Shown here piece by piece: positions 9,860-22,321 of a stretch of DNA of 64,000 bases. The translations under genes were made by a program, and so were the position numbers. Below the pieces are notes generated by a model. It saw nothing but the letters and a program-made list of their open reading frames with translations, searched no databases and was not told the DNA's origin. Position 1 is the stretch's first letter. Each line of letters starts with the position of its first letter. Source of the stretch: an uncultured Acidobacteriota bacterium (GTDB lineage Bacteria; Acidobacteriota; UBA6911); NCBI GenBank assembly GCA_963827655.1, contig CAWHCF010000036.1, forward strand, positions 1-64,000. Reading direction: 5' to 3'.

Positions 9860-11137
9860 CTACGGCGACGGCTGCGGCCGGTCGAGCTTCTGGAGCGCCG
9901 TCTTCGGCAGCTTCGCCGCGATGCTCACCTGGGTTCCCACCAGGTCGGCGACATCGTACTGAATGGCAAATCCCAGGATCATGGCCGACTCGGACGGGCT
10001 CAGCTTGTAATCCCGCTCCAGCCATCGCATCATGCCGCTGGTCGCCATCTGCAGCGCTTGATCCAGCGAGCCTGCGATCCCGATGCTGATCAGGTGCGTG
10101 TCGTTCTCGGCCAGCGGATGGCCAAACTGCTTGCCCGGTATGACGTCGACCGTGAACTGGATGTCCATCGAGGTCTCGAGCGCATCGCCGGTCAGTTCTC
10201 CGTCACCCTGGGTTGCATGGCCATCGCCGACGAACAGCAAGGCCCCCGGGTGATTGACAGGCAGATAGAGGGTAGTTCCCTCTTTGATCTGGTTGTAATC
10301 CATGTTGCCGCCGAAGCGGCCCGAGTCCGTAGTTCGGATGCTCCAGTCGCCCGGCGGCGCAACGCTCACGCAGCCGAGCATCGGCTGAAGCGGCACCGAG
10401 AAGCTGCGGAGTTTGTCGGTCGGCTCTTCGAGACGGCCCATGCCGCCTTCGCGGTCGAGTTTCCACCGGCTCTTGAATCCATCAGTCCATTTCAGGTCGG
10501 CCAGACTCCAGGGCTCGAGAGCATTTCTCATGATGGTGGTGCCGCTGACGGCCCAGTCGCGATTCAGCCGGACTCTATCGAGGCGCACCACCAGGGTGTC
10601 GCCGGGCAGGGCGCCCTCGACGTAGAACGGCCCGGTCTGGGGATTGCCTCCCCCGGAGCGACGCTTCCCCTCCTTGTCGTTCCCGCCCGCGTCCACGCTC
10701 CAGGTGCGCACCGTGTCGCCTTGATGGATGCGCAGGGCAGGCTTGATCGACGAGCTGAAGTAGAGATGGAACTCCTTCGGCTCGAAATCATGCGTCTGAG
10801 GTTGTGCCGGACGCTTCGGGAGGCGCACGGCTTTCCAGGTGACCGTACGGCCGCCGAGCGTTGCCTCCCCCTTCAGTTCACCCTGTTCGAAGACTCCCTT
10901 CGCCGGAGCGTTGCCGACCTTGAACTCGATCTGGTTCCCCTTGATCGTTCCTGTCGCGGCCCGGCTCCCCACCCAGGCGGTCAGGTTCTCCCCTTCAACC
11001 TTCAGTACCAGCCGGGTGATGTTCGGCCGTTCCGACTCGTAGATGCTGAGCATCCAATCGCCGGACAGGTCGTCCTGAGCCAGGGCCATCGCCGCCGGCA
11101 AGATTACAACCAGGATCGTCTGGATGACCGCACGCAT
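9860..11137 (-). CDS. Acetamidase/formamidase family protein, exported
   Basis: NPQTGPFYVEGALPGDTL, GGNMD and GDGHATQGDGE motifs; signal peptide. Confidence 0.85.
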   Translation of the reverse strand: MRAVIQTILVVILPAAMALAQDDLSGDWMLSIYESERPNITRLVLKVEGENLTAWVGSRAATGTIKGNQIEFKVGNAPAKGVFEQGELKGEATLGGRTVTWKAVRLPKRPAQPQTHDFEPKEFHLYFSSSIKPALRIHQGDTVRTWSVDAGGNDKEGKRRSGGGNPQTGPFYVEGALPGDTLVVRLDRVRLNRDWAVSGTTIMRNALEPWSLADLKWTDGFKSRWKLDREGGMGRLEEPTDKLRSFSVPLQPMLGCVSVAPPGDWSIRTTDSGRFGGNMDYNQIKEGTTLYLPVNHPGALLFVGDGHATQGDGELTGDALETSMDIQFTVDVIPGKQFGHPLAENDTHLISIGIAGSLDQALQMATSGMMRWLERDYKLSPSESAMILGFAIQYDVADLVGTQVSIAAKLPKTALQKLDRPQPSP

Positions 11138-11330
11138 GCCAGTTCCCTCCCATCAGGATAAGGCTTCCAAGATACGCGGTACCCGGCTGAAGCTCAATTC
11201 AATTTGGTGGCGCGTGGACTTGCTTTTTGGCAGGATTCTTGGTGTTTCTTCGCGTCTTTGAGTCATAGTGGTATTTTTGTTAGACAGCTCTAACCACGAA
11301 GACAAGAAGAAACACGAAGGGGAGGGTCCC

Positions 11331-12395
11331 ATGAAAGTACGATTGATTCTAATCGGTACCGTTCTATCGCTCGTGGCGCTCCTGGCGCCACCGAAAGCCC
11401 AGCTCCAGCAGCCGGCCGCACCTCGACCAGCCGCTGGACAGCAGGCCGGCGGCGGCGGACCAACGCCGAAGGAACTGGCCCAGCGCCTCGCGCAGCTGAA
11501 GTCCGGTCCCCAGCTGCCCTATCGCCTCGTGGCCAGCTGGCCGACATTGCCCAAGGGATACAACCTGGGCGAAGGGACCGGTGTCGATGTTGACCGGCAG
11601 GGCAACGTCTGGGTCGCCAATCGCGGCGCCTGGCCCATCATGCAGTTCGACAAGAACGGCAAGATGCTGCAGGCCTGGAACCACGATACCGTCCGCGTGA
11701 CGCCCGGCGTCGGCCTCGGCACCCACGGCCTGAAGGTCGACCCCGAAGGCAATGTCTGGCTGGTGGACGTCGACGGTCACATCCTGTTCAAGTACAGCCC
11801 GGAGGGGCGTCTCCTGATGACGCTCGGCAACCGCCAGGGGGCGTCGGGCAACAACGACAGCCCGACCGCGTTCAACCGGCCTACCAATCTCTGGTTCCTG
11901 CCCAACGGCCACTTCTACGTGTCCGATGGTTACGTCAACTCGCGCGTGGTCGAGTTCACTCGCGAGGGCGAGTACGTGCGGCACTGGGGCAGCAAGGGCA
12001 CCGCGGACGGCGAATTCAATCTGGTACACGACGTCGCCGTCGACTCGAAGGGTCTGGTCTACGTCGGCGACCGCAGCAACTCGCGCGTGCAGGTATTCGA
12101 TCCGAGCGGCAAGTTTCTGACCAAGTGGACCGACGTCGGGGCGCCCTGGGGGCTTTACTACGCCGCCAAGGAAGATGCCATCTACATGTGCGACGGGCTG
12201 CACAACCGGATCGTGAAGCTCAGTACCAAAGGCGAAGTGCTGGGCGTGCTCGGCTCCTACGGCAAAGCGCCCGGAATGCTCGACTTCGCCCACAGCATTG
12301 CGGTGGACGCCGAGGGGAGCATCTACGTCGCGGAGATCAAGAACTGGCGCGTGCAGAAGTGGGCGCGGACAGCGGCCACGACCAGCAGCCGCTGA
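11331..12395 (+). CDS. NHL-repeat beta-propeller (peptidyl-alpha-hydroxyglycine lyase-like)
   Basis: Repeated HG/HD..VD..G.VYV.D..N.RVQ.F units, SDGYVNSRV; signal peptide from ATG 11331. Confidence 0.8.
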   Translation: MKVRLILIGTVLSLVALLAPPKAQLQQPAAPRPAAGQQAGGGGPTPKELAQRLAQLKSGPQLPYRLVASWPTLPKGYNLGEGTGVDVDRQGNVWVANRGAWPIMQFDKNGKMLQAWNHDTVRVTPGVGLGTHGLKVDPEGNVWLVDVDGHILFKYSPEGRLLMTLGNRQGASGNNDSPTAFNRPTNLWFLPNGHFYVSDGYVNSRVVEFTREGEYVRHWGSKGTADGEFNLVHDVAVDSKGLVYVGDRSNSRVQVFDPSGKFLTKWTDVGAPWGLYYAAKEDAIYMCDGLHNRIVKLSTKGEVLGVLGSYGKAPGMLDFAHSIAVDAEGSIYVAEIKNWRVQKWARTAATTSSR

Positions 12396-12453
12396 ACGTC
12401 AATTCTGTGCATTGCGGTCCAACCGCGAGGACGTTCCGGGCGTCTAATGCCAT

Positions 12454-14344
12454 ATGTGGGAAGATCTGAAAATCGCCATCCGCTCGCTCCGGAAATCTCC
12501 TACGTTCACCGCCGTCGCCCTGGTGGTCCTGGCTCTCGGGATCGGCGCCGGCACCGCTATCTTTTCCATAGTCGACGCCGTCGTCCTGAGGGGCCTCCCC
12601 TTTGACCGGCACGACCGCATCGCCGCCGTGCTCGAGCACGACACCAGGCGGCCCACGACTTTCGGCGGCGGGAGCACGACGTCGCAGATGTACCTGGACT
12701 GGCGCCGGATGCAGGAATCGTTCGAGGGCCTGACGGCTGTCGGGAGCGGGTCGTTCCGGCTGCGGAACGAGAGCGGCGAGCCGGCCGATGCCCAGCGCGC
12801 AACGCGTGACGTGGGAGTTCTTTCCGACTCTGCGGGTCTCGCCCCTGTTGGGTCGCGCCTTCACGCCGGACGATGAGATCGAGGGCCGCCACCGGGTCGT
12901 CATCCTGGGCCACGGCTTCTGGCAGCGCCGCTTCGGCGGGTCGCCCGGCGCGGTGGGACGACCGGTGCTGAGGGCGTGGCTTCCTCCCGGGCTACCGCGG
13001 GCCGGGGCGATTGGCATCGACGGGCGAGTGCTGGCCGCCGCCATCGGCGCCGCTTTCCTCACCGGGATTGTCTTCGCCATCGTGCCTGCTCTCCAGGCGT
13101 CGCGGCCCGACCTTACGACGACGCTGAAAGAGGGCGGCCGCTCCTCCACGACCGGCGCCGCGGGCCAGCGGCTTCGCAGCGCGCTGGTCGTCGTCGAGGT
13201 CGCGCTCGCCGTTGTGCTGCTCGTGGGCGCCGGACTCTTCATCGGCAGCTTCGTGAGGCTCATGCAGGTGGACCCCGGGTTCGACTACGGCAGTGTGCTC
13301 GCTCTCGACGTCGGGATTCGGGTTCACGCCGGCAACTTTCAGGAGGCATCAAAGCGTGGACGCCTGTACGTGCAGCAGATGCTCGAGGCGGTCGCACGCG
13401 TCCCCGGTGTCGAGATGGCCGGCGCGGTCAATGGCGGCCTGCCGCTCACCGGAAGCTGGAACCGGACGAAGGCCGAGCTGCCGGGGCAAGGCGAGCTGAA
13501 GGGAGACGACGACTCGATCGATCGGCGTACCGTGTCGGCCGGCTATTTGAAGCTGCTGCGCGTGCCGCTCGTTCGAGGCCGGCACCTGACGGAGCAGGAC
13601 AGCGAGGGCGCGCAGCCGGTCGTGGTCATCAACCAGGCGGCGGCCCGGAAATACTGGGGGGATCGCGATCCGCTCGGGCAGCGCATCAAGATCAACAACC
13701 AGGAACGCACCGTCGTCGGCATCGTGGGCGACATCCGGCACCTCGGTCCGGAAACGCCCTCCCGTCAGGAGGCGTATATCCCGCTGGCGCAGGATCAAAC
13801 CACGCAGGCGACGCTCGTCATGCGCACGAAGGGCGATCCGATGAGCGTCCTGCCGGCCGTGAAGGCGGCGATCTGGTCGGTGAACCGGGACCAGCGTCTG
13901 ACCGGAGACATCCTCACGCTCGAGGCCTACATGGATCGTCTGATCGCCCAGCGCCGCTTCAGCATGGCGCTGCTCGCGTTGTTCGGCGTCCTCGGACTGG
14001 TGATCGCCGCCGCCGGCATCTACGGCGTGATGGCCTACCTGGTTGCGCAGCGCACGAACGAGATCGGCGTGCGCATGGCGCTCGGCGCCACGCCCCGGAA
14101 TGTGCTGGCGATGGTGCTCGCGAGGTCAGCCGTCTTGATGGCCGCCGGGCTGGTCATCGGTGGCGCGGGCGCGTGGTATCTGGGCGCAGCCGTTAAGATT
14201 TTTCTGTTTCAGGTGGAGCCGAACGACGTCCGTGTGTTCGCCGCGGCACTGGCCACGCTGGCTGCTGCGGGGCTTATCGCGAGCGTGGTTCCCGCGCGCC
14301 GCGCCGCCGCAGTCGATCCGCTGATCGCGCTCCGCCACGAGTAG
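12454..14344 (+). pseudogene. ADOP/MacB-like ABC permease, frameshifted (~12790) and internally deleted (~12960)
   Basis: N-terminus DLKIAIRSLRKSPTFT..LALGIGA.TAIFS; C-terminus RTNEIGVRMALGA...VDPLIALRHE; first FtsX region missing compared with the 806-aa paralog. Confidence 0.75.
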
Positions 14345-14393
14345 ACCTTCCATCCTGAATTCGGTTGACGCTGGACCTCCTCAAGACGTGCGG
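14066..14393 (+). repeat. Direct repeat copy A (permease 3' end plus downstream spacer)
   Basis: Aligns by eye with 25306-25633. Confidence 0.85.
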
Positions 14394-14399
14394 TTAATA

Positions 14400-14683
14400 A
14401 TGAGAATTTCGAATGCCTGTGGAAGGAACAGTTCATCGAAAAGCTAGAGCGGAAACACAAGGTCTCAACGAATGAAGTCGAAGAGGTATTCCGCAATGCG
14501 CCCCACTTCGCTTTCGTTGCCAAGGGTCATGTGGCAGGAGAAAGTGTCTATTGGGCGCTAGGGCAGACTGATTCGGGACGGTATTTGACGATATTCTTCA
14601 TCCATAAGCGTGGCGGTAAGGCATTGCCGATCTCCGCTCGCGATATGAACGCCGAAGAACGGAAGCGTTATGAAAAAAAATAG
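14400..14683 (+). CDS. brnT: BrnT-family toxin (not in the ORF track; 1-bp frameshift after codon 3)
   Basis: MRI(F)ECLWKEQFIEKLERKHKVSTNEVEEVF...ALGQTDSGRYLTIFF..K....LPISARDM.AEERKRYEKK*; restoring one T in ATTTTC fixes the frame. Confidence 0.8.
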
Positions 14684-14966
14684 AAAGAGAAAACGAGATC
14701 CTCTGCCGGAACAATTCAGCAGTCCGGAAGAAGCTGGGGAGTTCTGGGACACTCACAGTGGTGCCGATTATGAGGAGTACATGCAAGAGGTACACTTCGA
14801 CGTGGAGCTGAAACGGCGGGCGCATGAAGTTCGCGTCTCGGATCGCCTGTTGCGTGAGGTGAGAAAGATTGCCCGCCAACAGGGGTTGGCAACGGAGACG
14901 CTGGTTAATCTTTGGTTGCAGGAGAAGGTCGCGGCTATGGCCAGTCGCTCGCGTAATCGGTATTGA
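14670..14966 (+). CDS. CopG-family antitoxin
   Basis: PEQFSS.EEAGEFWDTHS.ADY and IARQQGL.TETLVNLWLQEK motifs; overlaps the toxin. Confidence 0.8.
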   Translation: MKKNRKRKRDPLPEQFSSPEEAGEFWDTHSGADYEEYMQEVHFDVELKRRAHEVRVSDRLLREVRKIARQQGLATETLVNLWLQEKVAAMASRSRNRY

Positions 14967-15189
14967 ACGCAGAACCAAGGTTTAACCGCGGCGTCCGGCT
15001 GGAGCGTTTGATTTTCTTGCCGCATTACGCGGACAGAAAGATCGAAAATAGGTCATCCTGGCATCGGTCGGCTAGGGTTCATTCGGGTAGGGTCAGCAGG
15101 CATCCCAACCAACATACGCGCCATGGTGGCACCATCGTAGTCTCTAAAAAAATCCGAAAGAAAATAACCGAATGACCAAATGACCCACA

Positions 15190-15325
15190 TCATTCTCCGG
15201 AACGACGCACACACAAGGCGCGGGGGCTGTCGGAGGGGGCCATGCGGCCGGAGTAGCGCTTGCCGTCGTCGAAGAGGAAGTCCCACGCGGAATCCGAGCC
15301 TTCCGTCGTCGAGCTCCACACCCAC
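15190..15325 (-). repeat. Putative DGR variable region VR1
   Basis: Paralogous to 26575-26710 and 27403-27535; differences concentrated at codon positions 1-2 of NNC codons. Confidence 0.7.
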
Positions 15326-17358
15326 CAACCGGTCAGTCGGAACGGCTTTCGGATGTTGTACTTGTTACCGCCATTGGGATCGTAGAGCTTTTCCAGTTCG
15401 TCGATCGTCGGCAGTCGCCAATCGGAGTGACCGCCAAGCCTCAAGCGTTTGGCGTATTCGTTGGCATCGTTCCAGTCGATGTCTTCGCCGTTGTCTCTTC
15501 GGGTCCACATGAGGCCCGTCGCCTTGTCAACAACGATAATCTCCTCAAGCCCGGCATTAAGGAATTCCAGAATAGCGTCAGGAGGAGGCGGCTGCTTTTG
15601 TCTTGCCCATTTCAGCGCCTCTTCCAACATTTCTCCTCGCAGGAGGCGGTCCGGATGCCGTTTCGGGCTGGAGGACTCCCACTCCGCCGCTTTGTCGGCC
15701 AGACGCCGCTCGTAGCGAAGTGCGTCTCGACTCTCCTCCAGCCAGCCTTGCAGCCTGGGCCAGTCGCGGATCAGCGCCTCGTGTGCGACCTCCACCGTCT
15801 CGTCTCCTGTCCCGCTCTCGTCCGCCACTTTCCCAACGACGACGAGCCGTGCCTCGGTCAACGCCCTGAGAACCTTCTCCGATTCTTTGCTGTCCGGCCC
15901 AGGCAAATCGGTCTTCTTTACGCGCCGGCGCGTATCCTCCGAGCGTTCACCGAGCTGGGTCAAGTCGAGGAAGATCCTCCGGGCGAGATCCTGCAGCTGC
16001 GCAACCTTCAGTTGATCAAAGACCCGATCGGCATGATTCCTCAGCGCGCCGCTCAGCCTCCCGATCTCCGTGTAGGCGTCGTGCGTGATCTCCAACCCCT
16101 TTCGTTTGTCCCATAACTGAGACAATGCATGTTCCAGCAGTGGCAGGTTGCCTGGCTCGTCACCGACGTCGCTCAGAATGGCGTCCACCAGGCCGGGCTG
16201 CGCCTTGGCTCCGGCCAACGCAAGCGGCTTTTCAATCACTTCCCGCAGGCGGTCGGCGCTGGCTCGCCGCACATTGTATTGGTTGGTTCCCATTCGGCGG
16301 GTCAGTTCGGGATGTTCCCAGCAGTGCGAATAGAAGTCGGCGCGCAGAGTGATCAGAACGTGAACCGGGCGCTCCGTCTCAAATCTGGCGGCGGAGAACA
16401 AAGAATCCACATATGCCTGCTTCTTTTTCGGCTGCACTTCTCCGTATCGCGGTCGAGCCCCCGGGTCAACGTGAACAACTCTTCGAATTGATCGATGACC
16501 AGCAGCGTTCTGGTCCCGCGCGGCACGAGAGCGGCAATCGCGTTGTCCAGACCGTCCTGGCGAGCGAGTTTTTCCTTACGTCCCTCCAGAAAATCCGCTT
16601 TCTCGGCCGCTGGCATCTGGGGATTGAGGTCCAGCAACGCCTTGGCGAGCTCACCGAACGGATCTTCGCCTGGCCGCGTGATGGCTACTCTCCAGGATTC
16701 GACCCAGCCCTTGCCGTCGTGAAACCGGCCTCGGTGCAGCGCCGGGATCAGGCCTGCCCGCACCAGCGACGACTTGCCGCTTCCAGAATCGCCCACGACC
16801 GCGAGAAAGCTGTCCGCCCGTAGCTTGTCCAGAAGGTCCTGAATTTCAGCGTCTCGGCCAAAGAACAGCAGCGAGTCTTCTACATCGAAGAATTGAAGTC
16901 CTCGGAAGGGTGGCTTCCCCGGGGGCAGAAGCGAAACGCCTTCGGCCGGCCTACGAGTGGCGCCTTCAATCAGCGCTTTGAGCTGCGCTGCGTCACTCCA
17001 TCCTTGTCGAAGATCGAGCCACTGGTATTGCTTCAGAAACAGCGGGAGTTCTTCCGGATTCGAGCCATCTCCCAGAACCGGAATCAGCCGGAAATCCTGC
17101 TCCTTGGTGCTTCGATCAAGGGCGACCCGCACTTCCTGATCGACCCAATGCCGCACACCCGACTTCCCAACATAGACGACCAGGGCCGTCGCTTGACGCA
17201 GGCCCTCCTCGATCTTCTCTCCCCAGCGGTCGCCGGGCGTACAGCCGCTCGACATCCAGCCACACCTCCAGCCCGGCTTGGCCGAGAAGGCGAGCCAGTT
17301 CCTTGGCAGCCTGAGTGTCTTCGCCCGAGTGGCTCAGAAAAATGAGCGGCCTGCCCAT
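15190..17358 (-). CDS. TIR + nSTAND1-type NTPase + C-terminal DUF1566 (Lcl/C-type-lectin-fold) protein, copy 1 (frameshifts ~17245, ~16437)
   Basis: IFLSHS...WLD..L.PGD.W...WVDQE (TIR); PFRGL..F...D..LFFGRD, GDSGSGKSSLVRAG, LLVIDQFEELFT, LRADFY, LPLLEHALSQLW, HEALIR.WP.L (STAND); D..TGLMW, WRLPTIDEL, WSS, AW.F.F..G, ALCVR (DUF1566). Confidence 0.85.
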
Positions 17359-17442
17359 GTCAGAAACCTGTTCGGCACAAAATCGATGCCTGCCGGACTC
17401 AATCGGCGCGACACCATGCTTCCGTAGCGTCCACAATCGATC
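16028..17442 (-). repeat. ~1.4 kb duplicated block (upstream region + TIR + STAND 5' half), copy A
   Basis: Near-identical by eye to 28454-29872. Confidence 0.9.
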
Positions 17443-17548
17443 CTGCCCAGCGAGGGGAAGCGGATTACCAGTGGGATCCGGCTCGACTCGTCGTAGGCTA
17501 GCCGCCGCTCCTCGCTGAGCCCATGCAAGCTATGCTGCGATTCACCAG

Positions 17549-20500
17549 CTAATCACCTTCTGTCACCGCGTCCACAAGTGGAACAACATCCGGTACTTTC
17601 TTCGCGATCGCGTAGTGCCAATGACCATAGGTTCCGTCCGCGTTTACAGCAGCTACCCAGCGTTGAGCTGCCGCTCGTTTCACCTCTTCGAGGGGGTCAT
17701 AGCCTTTGGTTTCGAGGATCAGATAGCTGGGCGACGGCGACTTAAGGCGAATAATGAAGTCGGGAAGGTAGTCGTGCATTTGGCCGTTATAAAGGTAAGG
17801 GATTGCAAACCCCAGCCCAGCGTTTTTGGCGAAGGCTTCAACGGCAGGGTGTTTATCCAGATAAAACGCTGCGGACTGCTCCCATTTCTTGGTGTCCATG
17901 ACGACGTAATTCAGGTGACTGTGAATGACCTCTCGCACGTCACGGCTGGTCCAAAAATCGACTTCCGCGGTCGATCCCGGCCCCCGCGTCCTCTCGAATC
18001 TGGGGACTTCGGGGACCTCTCCTTGTGTCGTATCTGGACGAATCGCATCCACTAGCCGTTCCACCAGCCAGCCATAGTATGGCGCAAGAAACAGGTCCTT
18101 CAGGTCCGCGGGCGGCAGGACATGAACCTTGCTCTTCAAGTATTCTCGAACAATTATGGCCAGTTGAGGAAACAATACATGCACCGGAATCTGAGACTGA
18201 CCGTGTCCGGAGTACTCCTTCGCTAGCGCGCGGCTCAAATCAAAAATAAGTTCCTGCAAGCGTCGTTTCGAACGGAACTCCTCGAGCGTCACGTCGTCAA
18301 TGCGGCCGGGACCGCTAAGCGATAACCTTCCCTGATTAGTTACGTTTAGTCCTTTGACCTCAACCTCGGGCGGAATCCGCCCGGGTTCTAAAAAAAGCGG
18401 AGGAACGCTCGGCCAGTCCACCGTAATGCGATTGCGGATCTGCTGAGTATAGCCTTCCACCCGTGGAAAGCGAATCTCGAATTCCGCCTTGGCCGGAATT
18501 GACGTGAACGTGATGCCGCTTCACGGGTGGCACAGGCGCTGGCTGCTTGGTCGACTTGAACGGTATGACCTCAAAAGGAACTCCGAAGACCTTCGCCACC
18601 TCCTCTCCGAATTTTCCGTCGTCGCCCGGTTCGTAAGCCGTCCTGCGCAGGCCGCGACCGACAACCTGTTCACACAATAACTGTGACATGAAGGGGCGCA
18701 GCCCGATGATGTGGGTAACGGTATTGCAATCCCAACCCTCCGTAAGCATCCCTACGCTCACAATGCAGCGTACATCACGCCCGGGTGGGTGGAGGGGCCG
18801 CTTCAGTTTCTTCGCTAGTGCCTCAAAGTCTCTCGGATAGATTGGTCTTCCCTGGCGGTCCGCAGGCCATGCGGTTTTTCCAACCGTGTCCAGTGTGAAG
18901 CGCATCCAGCGGGATTCGTCGCTGCGTGCTTCTCCCGTATCGGTTTCGTGGACGACCTTCGAATCAACGCGAATCGTATTGATCTTGCCGTCGCGGTTTC
19001 TGAAGCCCTCGATCTTCGCCGGGGGAATGCCAGTGGGCGCTTTGTCCTCTGCCAGCCATTCGTAAATGACTCGCGCGATCTGGGTATTCTTGCAGACGAG
19101 AATAAACACGGGCGGCCGCGGATCCACGCCGGCTTGCGCCCATTCCTCGCATTCCTTTTCCCACAAGCCGGCCAGCATAGCTATGGGATGGTGAGCGTAC
19201 TTCAGAATCGCCTCCGGTTTTGGACTGGCTTTCTTTCCTCCTCTCTCCGCCGGCGTGAGTTGCGGCAAGATCCAGTGCCAGATATTGAAGTAGCCCGGGA
19301 TATCGGCCCCGGTTGTGTCGCGAACCGCGAGTTGCGGAATCTTAACGAGCCCGGATTCGATCGCGTCAATCAGTCCGAAATCGCTAACCACCCACGGAAA
19401 CGGGCGGTTGGTTGCCTGGCCTACTCGACCGAGGAAATAGGGGGTAGCAGAAAGATCGACGCAGAAGTTGATGCCGCGAAGCTTCTGGATGCGATCGAGC
19501 CCGTCGATCCAAACCGTCGCCTCTTTGAAGAATACCTCGGCATCTTCCTCTTCACCGAAGGTCTCGACCTCCTCTTCGTCTGCCTCCTCCCGTCTGATTC
19601 GATAGGCATGGTGCGCTTCATCATTCATTACGAGAACGTTCTGTTTCCCCCCGACCTCCCGTCCCATGACGCGATTGATCAGAGACGTATCGCTCTCCAC
19701 ATAGCGCACGGACTCTACCCTGACTTTAATTAGTTCACCGGCCTTGGTGCGGATTTCGCTTTGGATCTTGAGCAAACCGGCAGCAATTTGCCGGTCGAGG
19801 TCCTTTTGGGTCAGATACCGAGTGCCGCGAGCGGTAGTAGTCTTCGGTCCGATGGAGATAGTTTCCACGACGCGCACGGGTAATCCCGCCTTGTTGACTT
19901 TCGCAGTTACGCCGCCGGTCTGAATCGACTGCGGTTCGAAGACATGCCAGTTGGTGACCAACACGTGGCCCTGGGTCAAAAGGGGCATCAGGTGAGTCGG
20001 CACGAGATCGCGGGTTCGGTAGACGCTGGCTTCCCCCTCCCGTGGATCGAGTTCCCGCAGTCGGTCCCGGATCGTCACATTGGGACATACGGCCAGAACC
20101 ACATCCGAGAATCGAGCGTCGCTTCGGTTGTTGATCTTGTTGAGAATACTCCAGGCGGCCAGCATCCCCATGACCGTAGTCTTTCCGGAGCCGGTCGCCA
20201 TCTTGCAAGCGTAACGGAGAAATCCCGCGTATCCTTCTGCCTTCTTCTCTTCGCCCGGGTCATCACGCGGTATTTCGATCCCCTGAAGGAAGTCGCTGCG
20301 GGCTTCAATAAGAAAGACAATTGTCTCGGCAGCCTCGAGCTGCGCGAAAAACAGCCGCTGCTCCCGTCCATCGCGCCTCCACCATGACAGCAGTTCCATG
20401 GTGGTTCTGGAGACTCCAGGAAATCCTTCTTTACGCCACGAAGCCAGGCGATCCCGGATAAGCGTCACAAGCTTTAGCTCAATAGCTGTGCCCGTGAGTT

Positions 20501-20667
20501 TGTCCATCGCTTCTCGAGGGCTTCGCCTTCGGATCGCGGTAGAAGTAGATAGCCCTTCGCCTTCCGGGCAGCCGAACTGGCGTCTCCCCCTCCTCGATGT
20601 TCCAGTGCTCCTTGGGTTCTTCAAAGGGCGAATTGAGGATCGGCTGCGGAACTTCGTAGTTGCTCAT
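17549..20667 (-). CDS. res: Type III RM restriction subunit (SF2 helicase + PD-(D/E)XK nuclease), frameshifts ~20520 and ~18490
   Basis: ILNSPFEEP start, KMATGSGKT, DEAHH, DLSATP, SVGMLTEGWD, QVVGRGLRR; C-terminal YLPDFII..LILETKG. Confidence 0.85.
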
Positions 20668-22321
20668 AGCCTGAAGGCTTTCTGGATTGCGTCCAGCTTT
20701 TCTTTCGCCTCCGGGTGGATTTCTTCCGGCAGCATCAAGGCGGCGATTTCGTGGTACCGAGTGTAGGAAACCCCATGCAGGCCGGCTGCGGTCAAAGACG
20801 GGCGGAATGAGTTCCGTGCGCGCCTTGGTGCCGACCAGAAAGGCATGATCCCCAAGCGGACTCGCGCAATAAAAGCAGGAGGGGTACTTGTCTTCAAAGT
20901 GTCTTCTATAAGATCTTCAAGATGAATCCGTTGAGCCTTCTCCCCCGCCTGTCACATGCTCCACAATAACGCGCGAAGGAACCTGGATGCAGCAGGTAGC
21001 TTTCGATTTCATAGCGTCTCCAACGCAGTCGCTGGAGCCCGCTGCCCGTAATAGCTGTTGCCAGGGATGTCTGGGTGCGCGTCACCGTCCAGAAGCTCAA
21101 GACCAGGTAGATTCTCGCTCTACCAGGGTCAATGCGTCATAGTGATCTTTGGCCTTTATCCCTGACGCTCCGGCGCGGGGCTCCCAGACTGTCTTCTTCC
21201 AGAAAAGTTGGCTGACCAGCGTTTCATAGATGGGATGCTTCAATATCTTTGCCCACTCCAGCAGGATCTCGAGATCGGTATAGTCTTCAACATAAAGCAC
21301 GCCTGGTGCCTGCAATGCTTGCATGATGTCTGTGTGACTCAGAACCGCAAGGGATCTCGCCAGGCGCGTGCGTTCGACAGCGTCGGCCAAAATTCTGGGT
21401 GTGCCAAGAACCATGCACAATTCCGGGGGGTCCACCGAATTAATAATGACTTCTGAGTGGGTAGCAATAATGAGTTGTGAATTCTGGCTTGCGGCGACCG
21501 AACGCAATTCACGGTAAATAGCGTCCTGCAGAATGATATGAAGGTGCGCATCCGGTTCATCGAGAAGTAGCACCGAAGCGGGCCGCGTGTGCAAAAAGGT
21601 GAGCAGCATGAGGATCTGCTGAAGACCGCTGCCGGCGCTCGCGATGTCAAGGCGGGAACCTTCGGGAAGCGAGCGGTATTCGGCGATTATGTCCGCCCCG
21701 CTTGCGTCCGGAGGAAGAACCTCACAGGCGAACAACCGCCGGATTGAGTCCTGCAGAGGAGTTCCATGCGGGCGATTGATGGGCCTGCACGAGAAGATTG
21801 CGAATGATATCTCCGGGCTTCCCCTGTCCGAGCAACTGGTCTTGTTTCGGACGCTGGTAGACCGGCTCATCTGTGCTGATGCCTGTCATAGGGGGAACGT
21901 AAACCGCCATCAGACTCGCTTCCCGCACAGTCGCAGGCTCAGCATTCGACTTGGGACGAACATATATCTGCTCGGTGCTGTCCGGGATCAACTCGATGGC
22001 AATCTTCCAGCCTTTTGCGCTCTCGATTTCGACCTCAACAGGATCCCGATATCGCCGCTCGTTCCAAAGGAGATCGAAAGCGCGCACCGGCACGGCGGCA
22101 AAGGCCTGCCGCGCTATCGGCGCCTTGGTGTATCCGCCTCCGTGTCGTTGGAAGTCGTTGAGTTGTTTCCAGCGATCGAAGGCTAACGACCAGGCGGCGA
22201 TCGCCTGCAGGAGCGTTGTCTTGCCCGTGTTATTTGGACCTGCCAGAACGATATGTCCGGGGATATTGAACGTGACTTCGTCGAATCGTTTGAAGCGCCT
22301 GAGCGTCACCTTCCGTATCAT
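20664..22321 (-). CDS. ABC-type (AAA_15/OLD-like) ATPase with TOPRIM-like C-terminus, several frameshifts
   Basis: GPNNTGKTT Walker A, AGSGLQQ signature, LLLDEPDAHLH Walker B/D-loop, IIATHS; then YVEDYTD, LLDGD, RRYEIESYLL; ATGA-coupled to mod and res. Confidence 0.75.

Noticed and set aside
17445-17485. Weak similarity to 41621-41657 (GAGCCGGATCC...CCCCTCGCTG)
   Set aside because: Too short and gapped to support a repeat family without a search.
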